Assembly (NCBI GenBank): GCA_964016885.1 | Contig: OZ024747.1 | Span: 36,332,001 to 36,396,000, forward strand | Source: Eledone cirrhosa | Taxonomy: Eukaryota | DNA: 64,000 nt | Reading direction: 5' to 3' | In this document: piece by piece, positions 49,901 through 63,712 of the stretch | Layout: each line of letters opens with the position of its first letter | Numbering within the stretch: the first letter of the stretch is position 1 | The notes under the pieces: model-generated | What the model was told of the DNA's origin: nothing | Databases searched by the model: none | What the model saw: the letters and a program-made list of their open reading frames with translations, nothing else | Position numbers and translations under genes: made by a program

Positions 49901-52030
49901 ATTGATAGGTCTAGTATAGGCTGTCCACAATTCAAGTTAGACAGCTACACGGACCACAAATTCGTGATCTGTGTGCTTGATTTAGATAGGCTTCATAGAC
50001 GAGGACCCGGCTACTGGATGCTAAACGCGTCCTTACCAGCGCGCAAGGCCTACAGAGACCGGATTAGCGAACTAGTTAAGCGGGCGTTGACGGGGGCCAT
50101 CGTCAACAACCAGTGGTGGTTTGCTCTGAAAAGAGCGATTAGAATAGAATCCATTAGGTTTAGTAAGGCTTTAGCAATAGAGAAAAATAGAGCAGAGGGA
50201 GAACTAGTTAGAAAATTAGACGAGGCGCTTAGCAAAGGCATTGCGACCGACGTGCTTGCGGCGAAATTGGCCCTTGACCAATTCTTCAATGCAAAGCACG
50301 AAGGCTGCGTTGTCAGAGCAAGAGTGCGTGCTCTCAGACACGAGGGGACGAAAGCCGTTCAATGGGCCCGAGTGGCGGAGGCGCGTCGTGGCAACAAAGC
50401 CACGATCCGGTCTTTGGTGGTCCATGACGGGCGCATGCTACTCGATCCCGGGCAAACGTGTGAAGCTTTTCAGCGACACTTCGCTCAGCTGTTCGGGGGC
50501 AGCGATGGGCCAGGTCGAGGGATGGACTTTAGTGTCTACCTCGACGGACTGCCGCGGCTCTCGGCCACTGAGGCGAAGTGTTGCGAAAAGCTGATAACAG
50601 CCGCTGAAGTAAGGGAAGCAATGACTGGCTGCACAAGGGGTAAATCACCTGGTTTGGATGGTCTGCCCTATCAACTTTACGTACAGATGCCAGACTTGTT
50701 CGGAGGCCTCTTGGCGGACGTCTACTGCAACTGGCAACAGAAGGGGAGAATTCCCAGTTCTGTGAGCCGAGGAGCGGTGGCACTGCTGAGAAAGGATCCG
50801 AACAAGGGGGATAACATTGATAATTTCCGGCCCATTTGCTCTTTCGCTTTTAGTGGAAGGGACGCGCTCCGATGGTCAGTCGGTCCATCTGTTGTCAACA
50901 CCCGCTATGTGGAGGGCTGGGCATGCCGTGGCTGATGATGCGCAGGCACGCGCTCAGGCTACGGCATCTCCACCTCTTCCTCGACGGTGATCAGGTGTGG
51001 TCGCCGTTTGCTAGACATGTATTTCCCCAGCTCGTTTCCTTGACGGAGCTGCAGTCCTGGGTCAAGCGAAGACCGAGAGGGAGCGCCTGGAGACTGGAAT
51101 GTCTTCAGGCGCTCACAGTCCTCAACCAATCGGGCAATGTGATCGGTGGAATCTCCACCTCGGCGTTCTATAGGGGATTAGTGGAGGGGAAGAGCGACGA
51201 CGTACTTGGGGAAACTCTAGGCGTCAACGAAAATCAACTAGCCAATCTCTTCGGAAGAACTTTCGGGCCAGGGCCTATGGACAACTTCCAGAAATCTCTG
51301 GCCTGGCAGTGCTACCGAGGAGCCTTGCCAGTTCGGGATAAACTCTACAGGCATGGAGGTACCGTCAGCCGGGCATGTCCGAGATGCGCACAGGGCGACG
51401 AAACCGTCCTGCACGCACTCGTCCAGTGTCCGAAAATTGTGGGTTTATGTCGAACAACTGATGTCGCGTTTAGGACGGATCCGGCTATCATCTGAGTCCA
51501 TCGTCAGGATTGCCCCGCCCTCCTCCTTTAGCCGGGAAGGGCAGGCAGTTTTTATCTTACTGGTGGCCATGGCGAAAGAGATAGTATGGTGGACACGTTT
51601 GAAAGGGCTGAAGACGAGCACTTACCTCTTCGGTGATGCTCTGATTGACTTTTTCAAATTTCATTTGAAAAGGAAAATCAGAGTAGAGAGGGAAGTGCTC
51701 TCTTCCCAGCATTTTGTTGAAAGATGGGAGAGAAGCAAGAATGGCCCGAGTGAATGGGCCTACTCTGAGTATATATCTGTAAATTAAAGGTGGAAAACTG
51801 GGAGAGGGCACTTGCCTTGGTGGTCAGGGTCATTGTGGCCTTTTACTGGGCTTTCTCCACAAATGTCCCTCCGAAGTCTCCCCCCTATTGGGGAATTTTT
51901 CATTGTTATTTTTTGTTACATCCTCTGTTTTTGTTTTTTACACGCAGAAATGCCCATTTTTACCGTCCTTTATTGTCCTGCACTGTCCTTAATGTCTACT
52001 TTATGTAAACCCTTGTGGTTAATAAAGAAA

Positions 52031-52032
<2 letters not shown>
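46954..52032 (+). mobile_element. Tx1/L1-clade LINE copy 1 (ORF1 gag-like; ORF2 APE endonuclease, RT core deleted)
   Basis: ORF1 ~47173-49250 with CFRCG....LRAFC. ORF2 from 49285: SINARGL, ISET, VYAP, GDWN, SYLDR, TDH, KSPGLDGLP, CPRC..ETVLHAL..C. (TTA)n flanks. Confidence 0.9.
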
Positions 52033-52091
<59 letters not shown>

Positions 52092-52092
<1 letters not shown>

Positions 52093-55000
52093 GGCGACGT
52101 ACGTAGTAAATCGTATCATCGTGAGCTCCGCAAAGGTTTGTTATTATCAGTTGTTTAAAATTGCCATTTATGGAAAATAATTCTTGTTAACTGTATATAA
52201 GTGCACATACATTGTTATCTGAAAAGGACACCCAAAAAGATTGGGGCGTTGAGCCCAAAATTTAAACTTTTATAATTATAAAACAAACATTTTTCTTTGA
52301 AAAATCATGGACGACTCAGAGTCACTCCTTCCTCACAAACTAACACGTCACACCGACACCACAATTGTAAATATTACTACGTTTGCCAACACTAAAAATA
52401 TAAGCAGTAGCAATATTTTAAATTTGTCTTGAGGCAGACATTCATTTCCCGCCATTACCAGTGACTGCAGGTGTTAAAGCCGGCACCACCACCACCACCG
52501 CGACAACCGCCACCCCCGCCACCACCGCGACAACAGAAACAAAATAAAAAAATTAATTAACTCGTGATATCGAAATGAATTCAACCAAAATGAACTCTTC
52601 CACATCGAACACCACTGACGCCACCACCACCACAACTGAAACTAAAATTAATAATAACAAAAATAACGATGACAACAACAGCAACAATGACATTAAGAAA
52701 ACCACCCTGAGTTTTGTCAGAGTAGCAAAACAGTGCGAAGCATTTCAGGTAACTCAGGAGGAATTAGAAGAAGCCAAAAAAATGGTAAAGAAATATGGGT
52801 GCAGGGTCAGTCTCACCCCCCCCCCCACACACACACCTAATAAAATGGAGCATCGGCGCCTATGCACTGTGTCTTATCGAACAATTAATATAAAATCGCG
52901 CCGAGTGGAACGGGCATCCGAGTCCCAAATCCAAAATCTTTGGGACATTTGTGGGCAAAAAAAACCCCACATCAGACGTGGGCAGTAGTATAGAACCGTG
53001 GACGTGTACTTTGGAACACCACAGGAGGTTAGAGAACACTGCATGGCCCCATTAAGAAGTGACGACTTCACATTCGTCCCAAGCTAATGTGGCCAGAGAC
53101 TCGTAAAGGACAGGGTCACCCACGTTCCACCCGCCATCGAAATTCCCTGGTCCTCGACGGCATCGAAGCCAACTCCAAGATAATAGAAATAGCGAAAGAA
53201 AAGCAGGAGAACTGGTCGGGATCTGGGATGGAGATCCTGATCACCAAAAAAGCATTGAGGAGATCCCAGAGGTAATAGACCTCACTGACGGCAGCCACCT
53301 CACCGTTATTGTTGACGGCAGAAGGCCTAGGTGTGTCGTTTGTGGTGAAGGAACCCACCTAAGGGCTTTCTGCCCTCAGGCTAAAAGGTTGAGGCCACCT
53401 CTTCTACCCACCCCAGTTACACAACCATCAACACACCAGCAGCAGAGATGGCAGCAACAAAAGTAGTAGCAACAAGAGAAGCAACTGTAACAGCAACAAC
53501 CCCAGCAACAGTATCAAAACCAACACCACCACCACGCAACGCGCCAGAACTAGCACCAGAGCCTACACCATCCACCACGCCACAACCAAATCTAACGCCT
53601 GTGGAGGATTTTCCACTCTCCGGCCTATCACAACTGGAGACAGATTGTGACGACGAAGAGTGGGAAACGTATCAGGAAAAAAGAAAAAAAGAAACCAAAA
53701 AAAAAATTCCCTTCCTTCCCCCTCCCAAAACAAAATACAGAGGGAAACAAATAAAATATCAAACAAAAATGTTAGGACAGATATGCCTCCATCCACACCA
53801 GCATCACCAACCAAATCACACCAAACACCAACACCATCACCATCATTAACCCCAACACCACCATCACCTACACCACAAAAGTCACCTAAAAGCGAAACAG
53901 AAACAAACCCACAACAAACACAAACAAAACAAAACAACCAAAACGATACACACTACACAGCATTAAATGTGAACAACAACCAATTATTACACTACATCCA
54001 ACACAACACCAGCATCACAGAAAAAGACTACACAACAACCGAAAAGTGGACACCACCTCCACACATACAAATCACTCGCATCACATAGAAAACGTACATG
54101 ACACTAAAACAAACATTCCCCAAAGACATCGGAGACTTCCGACAAGCACTCTCCAGGAGGATTTATAAGGACATCCTTCCTGGGGAGGCTACAAGCAGTG
54201 AAAAGTATGGAGAAACCGTTCTTTCTCTACGAGAAGTAAGGTAAGTGGTCTTTCCCATCTTTTCCACTCCTTTTCAACATGACCTCACTCAGAATAAGCA
54301 GCATAAATGCGCGTGGCTTGGGATCGTCATGGAAGCAGGGCCACCTGCTCAACGACCTCAGGTCACTAAACATAGATGTAGTGGCCATCAGCGAGACCAG
54401 AATCTACGAAGCACGGACCTTCGCACCGATCTTCGGCGGCTACGATGTGTACGCATCTCCCAGCCGTCCGGGATCGGGGGGGGGGGAGGAGGAGTTGCTG
54501 TGCTTTTTCGGAGAGGTTTGGATCTTGCCATACGGGCCATCTTCCTGGACCCAGAAGGTAAGTTGATGGTGCTGGACGAGATCAGCGGAGACGGGCAAGC
54601 TTTCAGGTTAGTGGCCGTCTATGCCCCAACAGGAGCAGGGCGGACTGATTTCTTCAGGCGTCTGGAGACCTTTCTTGGAACGTCCCACTCTTTAGTGTTA
54701 GTGGGCGACTGGAACGGGATCTTAGATACACGCTGGGACTGTGTGGGATTAATGGATAGGGGAGGAGGGTACAAGAGTCTCACCAACCTGCTCAGACGTT
54801 TTGAACTGTCTGACAGGTACCGATTGGATTTCCCGAATGTGCCAATGTGGACTGGGACAAATCGCATGGGTGCGTGCTCTCAGACACGAGGGGACGAAAG
54901 CCGTTCAATGGGCCCGAGTGGCGGAGGCGCGTCGTGGCAATAAAACCACGATCCGGTCTTTGGTGGACCACGACGGGCGCATGCTACTCGATCCCGGGAA

Positions 55001-57450
55001 AATGTGTGAAGCTTTTCAGCGACACTTCGCACAGCTGTTCGAGGGAAGCGGCGAGCCGGTTCGAGGAATGGACTTTAGTGTCTACCTCAACGGACTGCCG
55101 CGGCTCTCGGCCACTGAGGCGGAGTGTTGCGAAAAGCCGATAACAGCCACTGAAGTACGGGAGGCAATGACTGGCTGCACAAGGGGTAAATCGCCTGGTT
55201 TGGATGGTCTGCCCTATGAACTTTACGTACAGATGCCAGACTTGTTCGGAGGCCACTTGGCGGACGTCTACTGCAACTGGCAACAGAACGGGAGAATTCC
55301 CAGCTCTGTGAGCCGAGGTGCTTTGGCGCTGCTGAGAAAGGATCCGAACAAGGGGGATAACATAGATAATGTCAGGCCCATAACTCTGCTAAACACAGAG
55401 TTCAAGATTTTGGCCGAGGTGCTAGCAAAGAGGTCAGCGCTTGTCGTTGGATGTCTGGTGGGAGAGGCGCAGACGTGCGCCATTCTCGACAGACCATCCA
55501 CGACAACCTCCACCTCATGCGATACATCGTAGAGCGGGTAGCTAGGGAATCTGGCACGAGTGGGTCTTTGATCAATTTAGATCAGTCGAAAGCTTTCGAT
55601 AGGGTCGACCATCGTTACCTAGCGGCAGTCCTGAGGGCGGCTAGCTTTGGGCCCGTCTTCAGAGGCTGGATCGCTGCCATGCACAGCGACATCTGCTCTG
55701 TGGTGAGAGTGAAGGGTCACCTTTCGGAACCGTTCAACAGCATGCGCTCGGTCCGCCAAGGATGTCCCCTCTCGTCCCTCTTGTACGTATTGACTCTCGA
55801 GCCATTACTGCACAAACTGGAGACGTTGAGGAGGGTCCCGCGCAAACTAGGATGCGGAAGATCCGTGTCAGCATATGCGAACGATGTCACCGTAGTGGTG
55901 TCGAACACCAAACACATCGAGGCGACGGCACTACACTAAGAGAATACGAAGTGGTGGCAGGAGCAATGATCAACCAGGAAAAGTCAGTGGGCCTGCAGCT
56001 CGGCACCTGGAGAGGCAGGTCTATGCCGTCCAACAGCGTCGTTGGGCGCTGGACGGATGGACCGGTTAAATTTCTAGGGGTCTGGTTCGGTCCCGACCTC
56101 CAGACAGACAAAAACTGGGACGAGGTGACGAGCAGGGTGGCTTCTCTCACACAGAAATGTGCCGAGAGGAGGCTATCACTGAAAGGTCGAGCGGAGGTGG
56201 TTAACGCGTACATCGCGTCCGTCATCTACTACCGCCTGACCGTCGTACCTTGTCCTAAGCCCCGCCTGACTGCGCTGGAGTATTTGCACTTTCGCTTTTT
56301 GTGGAAGGGACGCGCTCCGATGGTCAGGCGGTCCATCTGCTGTCAACACCCGCTACGTGGAGCGGTGGGAATGCCGTGGCTGATGATGCGCAGACACGCG
56401 CTCGGGCTACGACATCTCCACCTCCTCCTCGACGGTGATCAGGTGTTCGACGCCGTTTGCTAGACACGTCTTTCCCCAGCTCGTCTCCTTGACGGAGCTG
56501 CAGTCCTGGGTCAAGCAAAACCGAGAGGGAGCTCTTGGAGACTGGAATGTCTTCAGGCGCTCACAGCCCTCGACCAATCGGGCAATGTGATCGGTGGAAA
56601 CTGCACCTTGGTGTTCTATAGGGGATTAGTGGAGGGGAAGAGTGACGACGTACTTGGAGAAACACTGGGCGTCGACGAAAATCAACTAGTCATTCTCTTC
56701 GGAAGGACTTTCGGGCCGGGGCCTATGGATAAGTTTCAGAAATTCCTGGGCTGGCAGTGCTACCGAGGAGCTTTGCCAGTTCGGGATAAACTCTACAGGC
56801 ATGGAGGTGCCGTCATTCGGGCATGTCCGAGATGCGCGCAGGGCGACGAAACCGTCCTGCACGCACTCGTCCAGTGTCCGAGCATTGCTGACTTGTGGGT
56901 TTATGTCGAACACCTTCTGTCAAGTGTAGGATGGATCCAGCTATCAGCTGAGTCCATCGTGAGGATTGCCCCGCCCTCCTCCTTTAGCCGGGAAAGGCAC
57001 GCAGTTTTTATCTGTCTGGTGGCCATTGAAAGGGCTGAAGACGAGCACTTACCTCTTCGGTGATGCCCTGATTAACTTTTTCAAATTTCATTTAAAAAGG
57101 AAAATCAGGGTAGATAGGGAAATGCTCGCTTCCCAGCATTTTGTTGAAAGATGGGTGAGATAAGCAAGTATGGACCGAGTGAATACTCTGAGTATGTGTC
57201 TGTAAATTAAAGTTGGAAAACTGGGAGAGGGCACTTGCCCTGGTGGTCTGGGTGACTGTGGTCTTTCAATGGGCTTTCTCCACAATGTCCCTCGGAAGTC
57301 TCCCCCCTATTGGGGAATTTTTCAATGTTATTTTTTATTACATCCTCTGTTTTTTTACACGCAGAAATGCTCATTTGTACCGTCCTGTATTTTCCTGTAC
57401 TGTCCTTAATGTCTACTTTATGTAAACCCTTGTGGTTAATAAAGAAAACA
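52092..57450 (+). mobile_element. Tx1/L1-clade LINE copy 2 (divergent ORF1; ORF2 with endonuclease-end deletion, RT present)
   Basis: ORF1 CVVCGEGTHLRAFC knuckle. ORF2 from 54279: RPITLLN, LDQSKAFDRV, VRQGCPLS, YANDV, KFLGV, CPRC...H...C; frameshifted. Confidence 0.9.
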
Positions 57451-57487
57451 TTATTATCAATTCCTTCATTATTATTATTATTATTAC

Positions 57488-58900
57488 TTATATGATAAAA
57501 AGGCAGGGAGCCAATATATCTTCCTGGAACATTCCAGCCATTATCTCTAAGAACCCCGTCATCCCGTCAGATGAAATGGCATGGGCTCTGGTGTTCGTGT
57601 ATAGATGTGATATGAGGTCCACTGTATTCTCGGGGGTTCCATAAGCCTGTAAGAACTTAGTCCGGCAGTGAACGTACACAGAATCAAGAGCCTTCCTAAA
57701 GTCAATGAAAACCATGACAACAGGAAGGCTCTTTACTCTAGCTCCCTCTAATAACCTCCTCAGCATCAGGATGTGACTGGTGATTGATCTTCCATCTTTG
57801 AAACCTTTCTCCTTGTCCCTGAGTTTATTCCCCATCTTGGGCTCGATCCAGTTAAGTATCACCCTGTTGAGGGTCTTTGCCACAAGTGATGTCAGTGAGA
57901 TCACCCTGTAGTTGATGGTGTTAGAGAGATCTCCCTTCTTTGGCACTGGGACGATGTTTCTGATCCTCCAGTGATTCCGGCAATTCCTGCCACCAGTGCC
58001 TGATTACAGAACTCCATGATAATATCATGAAAATCACACCTCTTCATCACCTCTTCATCACCTCTGATGCCACTCCATCTTCTCCATGGGCCTTGCCCAC
58101 GTTGATATTCTTATTGGTTCTATGATGCACCTCTTTGGTGAAGGGTCCTTTTTGTCATCGCAGTGGCCTATGCGAATTGCACAGGAGAATCACCACGACT
58201 CTGACTTTACTGTAGCACAGAGCAGGAGAGTTAAGGCTAAACAGATATCAGATGCTGAAGTTTCTGACGTTATAGTTCTGGTGACAAACACAGTGAAGGA
58301 GGTGGAGGAGTTGATGCAGGAGTAGGAGACTGTGTGGATGAGTGTGGGGCTGAGAATGAATGAGATTAAGACGAAGTATCTGGTATAGAATATTAAGAAG
58401 ACAGAGGAGATTACGAATGTACGCGGGGAGCCACTACATGTGGTTGAGAACTTACTCTATCTCGGAGCAAAGATTGGGAAGATAGACAGTGATGTGGTGG
58501 AGAGGAAGAACACAGCCTGGGCGGCGTGCCACAGTTTGAGATCGGTGTGGAAGTCTGACCTTCGTGAAAGAGCTGAAGATCCATCTCTTCTTTGCTACAT
58601 TGTTACTGTACGGGTCTGAGACTTGGAGAGTAACCAACAAACTCACACTCAAATGCTGAGGATGGCTCTTAACATTAACCAGTATACACTAAGTATAACG
58701 AACTCAGAGCTGTAAGGGAGCCTCACAAAAGTCAGCACGAAAGTAACACAGACGAGACTGGGGTTAGCTGAACATGCTCACCGACATTCAGAGTTGACAC
58801 TGCACTTAGTGCTCCTGCGGGAGCCCCTACACGGACACACTAGATAAAGGAGACCGAGGCTGACATATATTAAAGCCCTAAGCACAGACACTACTCTCTT
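57488..58900 (+). mobile_element. RTE-clade LINE remnant with 5' inversion
   Basis: Minus 57488-58105: PKKGDL..NYRVISL, FIDFRKALDS, GMFQED.LAP.LFI. Plus ~58160-58900 is its direct continuation (GLRMNE.KTK, YLG, YGSETW). Confidence 0.82.
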
Positions 58901-58956
58901 AGAGCCGCAAGACATGATTGAATTGTTCATAAGCAAAACAATGATAAATATATATA

Positions 58957-59050
58957 TAATTGTTTCTGCTTTAGGCACAAGGCCAGCAATTATGCAGTAT
59001 ATTACTGGTACTTTATTTTATCGACTCCGTAAGGATGAAAGGCAAAGTTA
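58957..59050 (-). mobile_element. Partial SINE
   Basis: Family core and tail. Confidence 0.75.
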
Positions 59051-59282
59051 AATTTTAACATTTATGTACTTATGTGTTTATTTATTTCTTCTATATTTTC
59101 TCATACCCACCCCCTCTTGATACTTATATCTCGTTCCACATCCCTCTCTTCATCATATTTAGTTTGTCATCTTATTCCTTTTTGTGGTATATAAACATTG
59201 AGTTTTGTTGTAATAAATCACTGCCAAGACTGAAATTAAACCATTAAGAAAGTTGAGGTATGCCGTATATCAATTTATGTAT

Positions 59283-59343
59283 TTTATCTGATGAGGACGT
59301 ACTGAAAAAAACAGCACAGTACCTCCGAAATATATATAATAAA
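59283..59343 (+). ncRNA. Hammerhead ribozyme motif, canonical core
   Basis: tttat CTGATGA ggacgtactg-(12 nt)-cagtacctcc GAAA tatata TA ataaa. Confidence 0.72.
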
Positions 59344-59779
59344 TAATATATTTTGATTATGTGAACGTCTTCATTTATTAATATTTTGAATAATATATAT
59401 ATACATAACGTTAAAAGGGATAGAAGGCTAAACAATGCAAAATGGACTGTAAGATAAGGTAACGAAAAGTAAACGTTACCAGGTAATTTTTGTTTTTTTA
59501 TTGTTGTTGTTCGTTTATCTGTACAATATTTCAGGACCTAAAACTCCCTTCATCGGGGTTTAAGGAACTTTCAGTGGATAATGTTCCAATTTGGATTGAA
59601 TTTGGATTTTGGTTAAATTTTTTCATAAATAGTTTTCAAGCGTTTTTTTTATGGTTTCTTCGCATTCCACGTGAATGACGTCAATTGCCAGTATGGTATT
59701 TCACGAAATCAATTTTCTTTTTTGTATGAGATGTTTAGTTTGTGTGCCTGTGGGTGTGTCTTTTTATGTTAAGTACTGT

Positions 59780-60545
59780 GTGCTGAGTTCTAATCTATTA
59801 TTTATTTGCTGGTTGAATCTACGTATGAGCAAGGCTTCCTTAAGTTGCCCACATTTCTATCACTGGCTTTAATGGTAATGGTAATATGTTGGTTGATGTT
59901 TCTACATTTGTCAATGTGTTTTTTTAATATGGATGCACGTGTGTTGAGGTGTTCTTTAATGTGAGTGTGGAGTGCTCGTGTTGTGCTACCAATGTAGAAC
60001 TCCTTACATTTTTTGCATTCAATCCGGTATACCACATGTGTCAACTGGCACATAGCTCTATCACGGTTGGGGCAGTTAGCCAGCGAGCATTGATGGCTGA
60101 TGTTTCTGTATTGCTTTTTAGACAGGTATCCACGCAGTGAAGGGTCGGAGTGTGCTAACTGTATGTCCAGTTCTTCTTTGCAGATAACGGTCTGGATAGC
60201 TGTGGTTAAGCTTTCGCCGTGTGAAAAATATCATGAAGCAGATGTTAGAGGAGGTCTTATGGCTGCAGCGCCTTCGATTCGTAAGTAGATTCATTGTGGA
60301 TGTTGGATATCAGTTTGTCTTCAGTATATATATGAAGTGGGCAGTGCGAGTGATCTGGTCCTCTGTCTTGCTACATTTATTCCGAATACGAGTAAGTTCA
60401 CTTCTTAAGTCTCCGGTTTTAGGACAAACGTGAAGGGCTGATCTCTAATGGACAAACAGGTCTCTGTTGGCAGCTTTCTCAAAGAAGTTGGTGTATATAG
60501 TACCTTCATCTGTTACTCTAAGTTAGAAGTCCAGCAGAGCCGAGG
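59780..60545 (-). pseudogene. PLE 3' fragment (GIY-YIG)
   Basis: VVYRIECKKCKEFYIGSTTRALHTHIKEH; upstream LLDF and H.RSAL remnants. Confidence 0.75.
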
Positions 60546-60573
60546 AACACTTTATATATATATTATATATATG

Positions 60574-60615
<42 letters not shown>

Positions 60616-60708
60616 AATATATGGAAAGTTATATTTAAATTGTTGGGTTACAACTAGTAAATATTTATAACTGATATAAAAGCACTCAACAAGTATTTGG
60701 AGTATATT

Positions 60709-60827
60709 TACGATATTAAATAAATGGAAACTATATTTATAAAACCATATTTATTTCATTATATATATTTCATATAATGAAATAAATATGGTTTTATAAA
60801 TATAGTTTCCATTTATTTAATATCGTA
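60709..60827. repeat. Perfect hairpin, 56-bp arms, next to (TA)n
   Basis: 60709-60764 versus 60772-60827. Confidence 0.88.
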
Positions 60828-60851
60828 TATAATATATATATATATATATAT

Positions 60852-61075
<224 letters not shown>

Positions 61076-61184
61076 TATTTTTCTGCATCCTCCTGCATTG
61101 AACCACCTAGGTACTATCACATAACCTGTGTATTTGCTGGCATTAGCGTACATCTGTACGCATATGTTAGTAGATATACTAAAT

Positions 61185-61224
<40 letters not shown>

Positions 61225-61229
<5 letters not shown>

Positions 61230-62087
61230 TATAAATTATGTCCATAGATTCATTTGATAAGATATATACTCCATTTCATCTCCCAATTAGCATAATCAAC
61301 CACACAAAAAAAAAATCAATTAAACCAGGCTATAAGATTAAAAGGTACCTATGAAGAAATATTAGATAAATAAACGACATCCATCTATTCGCGATCAACA
61401 GCTATAGAATATTTACCCAGCATTTCAATAGCACGTGGAAATCGATTAAATATATCGTCAACCATACATAATTAGGTATAAAATTAAAGTTAGAAGAAGA
61501 AATGTATATACACATACCAGGATTACGTTTCTACACTTTAGGGTTTCGTTCCCTTTAGGAAATATCCTATCAAGGATAAATTCTCGAGTTTCGAACTCAT
61601 CAGGAAAGAAACTCACTTGGGCGAAGATTTTTCTTAAATGATCCCCGCAAGAAACGAATTCAAAATGGCTAAGAACTGTGACGTGGCAATGGTGAAGTCA
61701 GAAAGAATGTGATTTGTGCCTTACGGCGAGTGGGCTGGTTGCTAGAAAACGCAGCCTAATATTGCCTAAATTGCATCTCAATCTTATAGGAGTTTATCAA
61801 ATATAAATATTTACATAGACACAAAATAGACAAAGTCATAGATATAGATATATATATGCGTTGTTTTGGCAACCATTCACTATGTGGATCAATGATGAAT
61901 TAATAAATTAAATAATCAAAGCAATATACTATAAATTATATCCATAGAATCAATTGATAAGATATATACTCCATTTCCTCTCCCAATTAGCATAATCAAC
62001 CACACAAAAAAACCAATTAAACCAGGCTATAAGATTAAAAGGCACCTATGAAGAAATAATAGATAAATAAACGACAGCCATCTATTC

Positions 62088-62090
<3 letters not shown>
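61225..62090. repeat. ~165-bp direct repeat pair
   Basis: 61225-61391 is similar to 61925-62088. Confidence 0.8.
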
Positions 62091-62139
<49 letters not shown>

Positions 62140-62825
62140 ATATTATATATATATATATATTATATATATATATAAATGTATTATATATATTACATGATTT
62201 GCTTGAGCATACACGCAGAAACATATACAGATACACACAGAGGTAAATATATATACACTACACACTCCCATACTCACACAATCACACACATACACCCCCC
62301 CCCCCCCCACATATATATATATATGCGCGCGCGTGTTTGTGTTTGTGTTCGTGTGTGTGTATACTGTGTATATTTATATACAAATATTTGAGTAGAATCT
62401 TAAATCGATCATGCGTATAAGCAAACATTGAGATATAGATCCGTATCATAATGTCCAAGTAGCAATAAATAATCATATAAGCTCAATTGTGTAGTATGAC
62501 TATATTATTTCCATTACAATAGATACATGACATCTCCGTACAAAAGTGTTCCATTTCTCAATATTAGACAATATTGCGATGACTGTAAAATAAAATATAT
62601 TGTCGAATGTTGTCAATATTATGCCATTATACGTTTGTTTATTCGCAACATAGGGATTAAATAACATATAACAGAAAATGTAATTGTAAAAATCATAAAC
62701 ATTTCACCCGACTGATTTCATTGACAAGAAGAATGATGAATATAATTAATCTGTGTCATTACGAATGATATCTGCAACGTTATCATGGGTATACCCTTCC
62801 GTGGTTGGAGCAGGAATTCAACCAT

Positions 62826-63712
62826 ATATATATATACTTGGGGAGCGTCATAGTATTGTAATAATTGTTTCTACTTTAGGCACAATTACCAGTGCATTAC
62901 TGGTACTTTATTTTATCGACCCCGTAAGGATGAAAGGCAAAGTAAACCTCGGCGGGATTTGAACTGAAACCGTAAAAGGACGTAACTATGCTGGAAAGCA
63001 TGGCGTTCGACTCTCTACCGATACTGCCAACCCACCGCCCTTTTTTGTAATAATATTGTAATAATATTGTAATAATAATGTAATAATATTGCCAGAATTA
63101 ATAACAGAGCACACTAACTGTTTGGTTGATTTTCGCTTCTGTATCTTTTATATCTCCACAATTAATTCATTCGGGCCTCAATGTTTACCATTGACTGACC
63201 AACGGTAAAAAATAGATATAATATAGATATAAACACATACATAGAGTCTAACAAAATTCTTTCGTTGCACATCTGCAACATCATCAGTGCTGCTATTATG
63301 TTCCTACTGTTGTATTGTATATCTACGCCATCTTTCTTGGCGAACCCGCACGCCAAACACTATACACACACGCAAACGCATGCGCAGAAACGGAGACAAA
63401 AAATAAATAAATAAATAAATAGTTAAAATAAAAATGGCGTAAGCACGACACAATAGGAGGAAACATTATAATAGTACCACTGATGATGTTGCAGATGTGC
63501 AACTAAAGAACTTTGTTAGACTATATATATATATATATTTATATCTGTATTTTTAAACGTTCGTCAGTCAATGATAAACATTAATGGCCAAATGAAGTAA
63601 CTGTGGAGATATAAAAGATGCAGAAGCGAAAACCTACCAAACAGTGAGTGTGTTCTGTTATTTCCGGCAATATTACAACAATATGACCCTCCCCAAGTAT
63701 AAATATATATAT
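62826..63712. mobile_element. Fold-back pLTR remnant of a divergent relative of the 20-27 kb PLE, with a SINE (62860-63039, -) in its left arm
   Basis: Arms ~63080-63305 and ~63457-63680. Both ends read atgacSctccccaagtata into (TA)n. Hammerhead motifs at 63250-63291 (-) and 63476-63517 (+). Confidence 0.78.
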
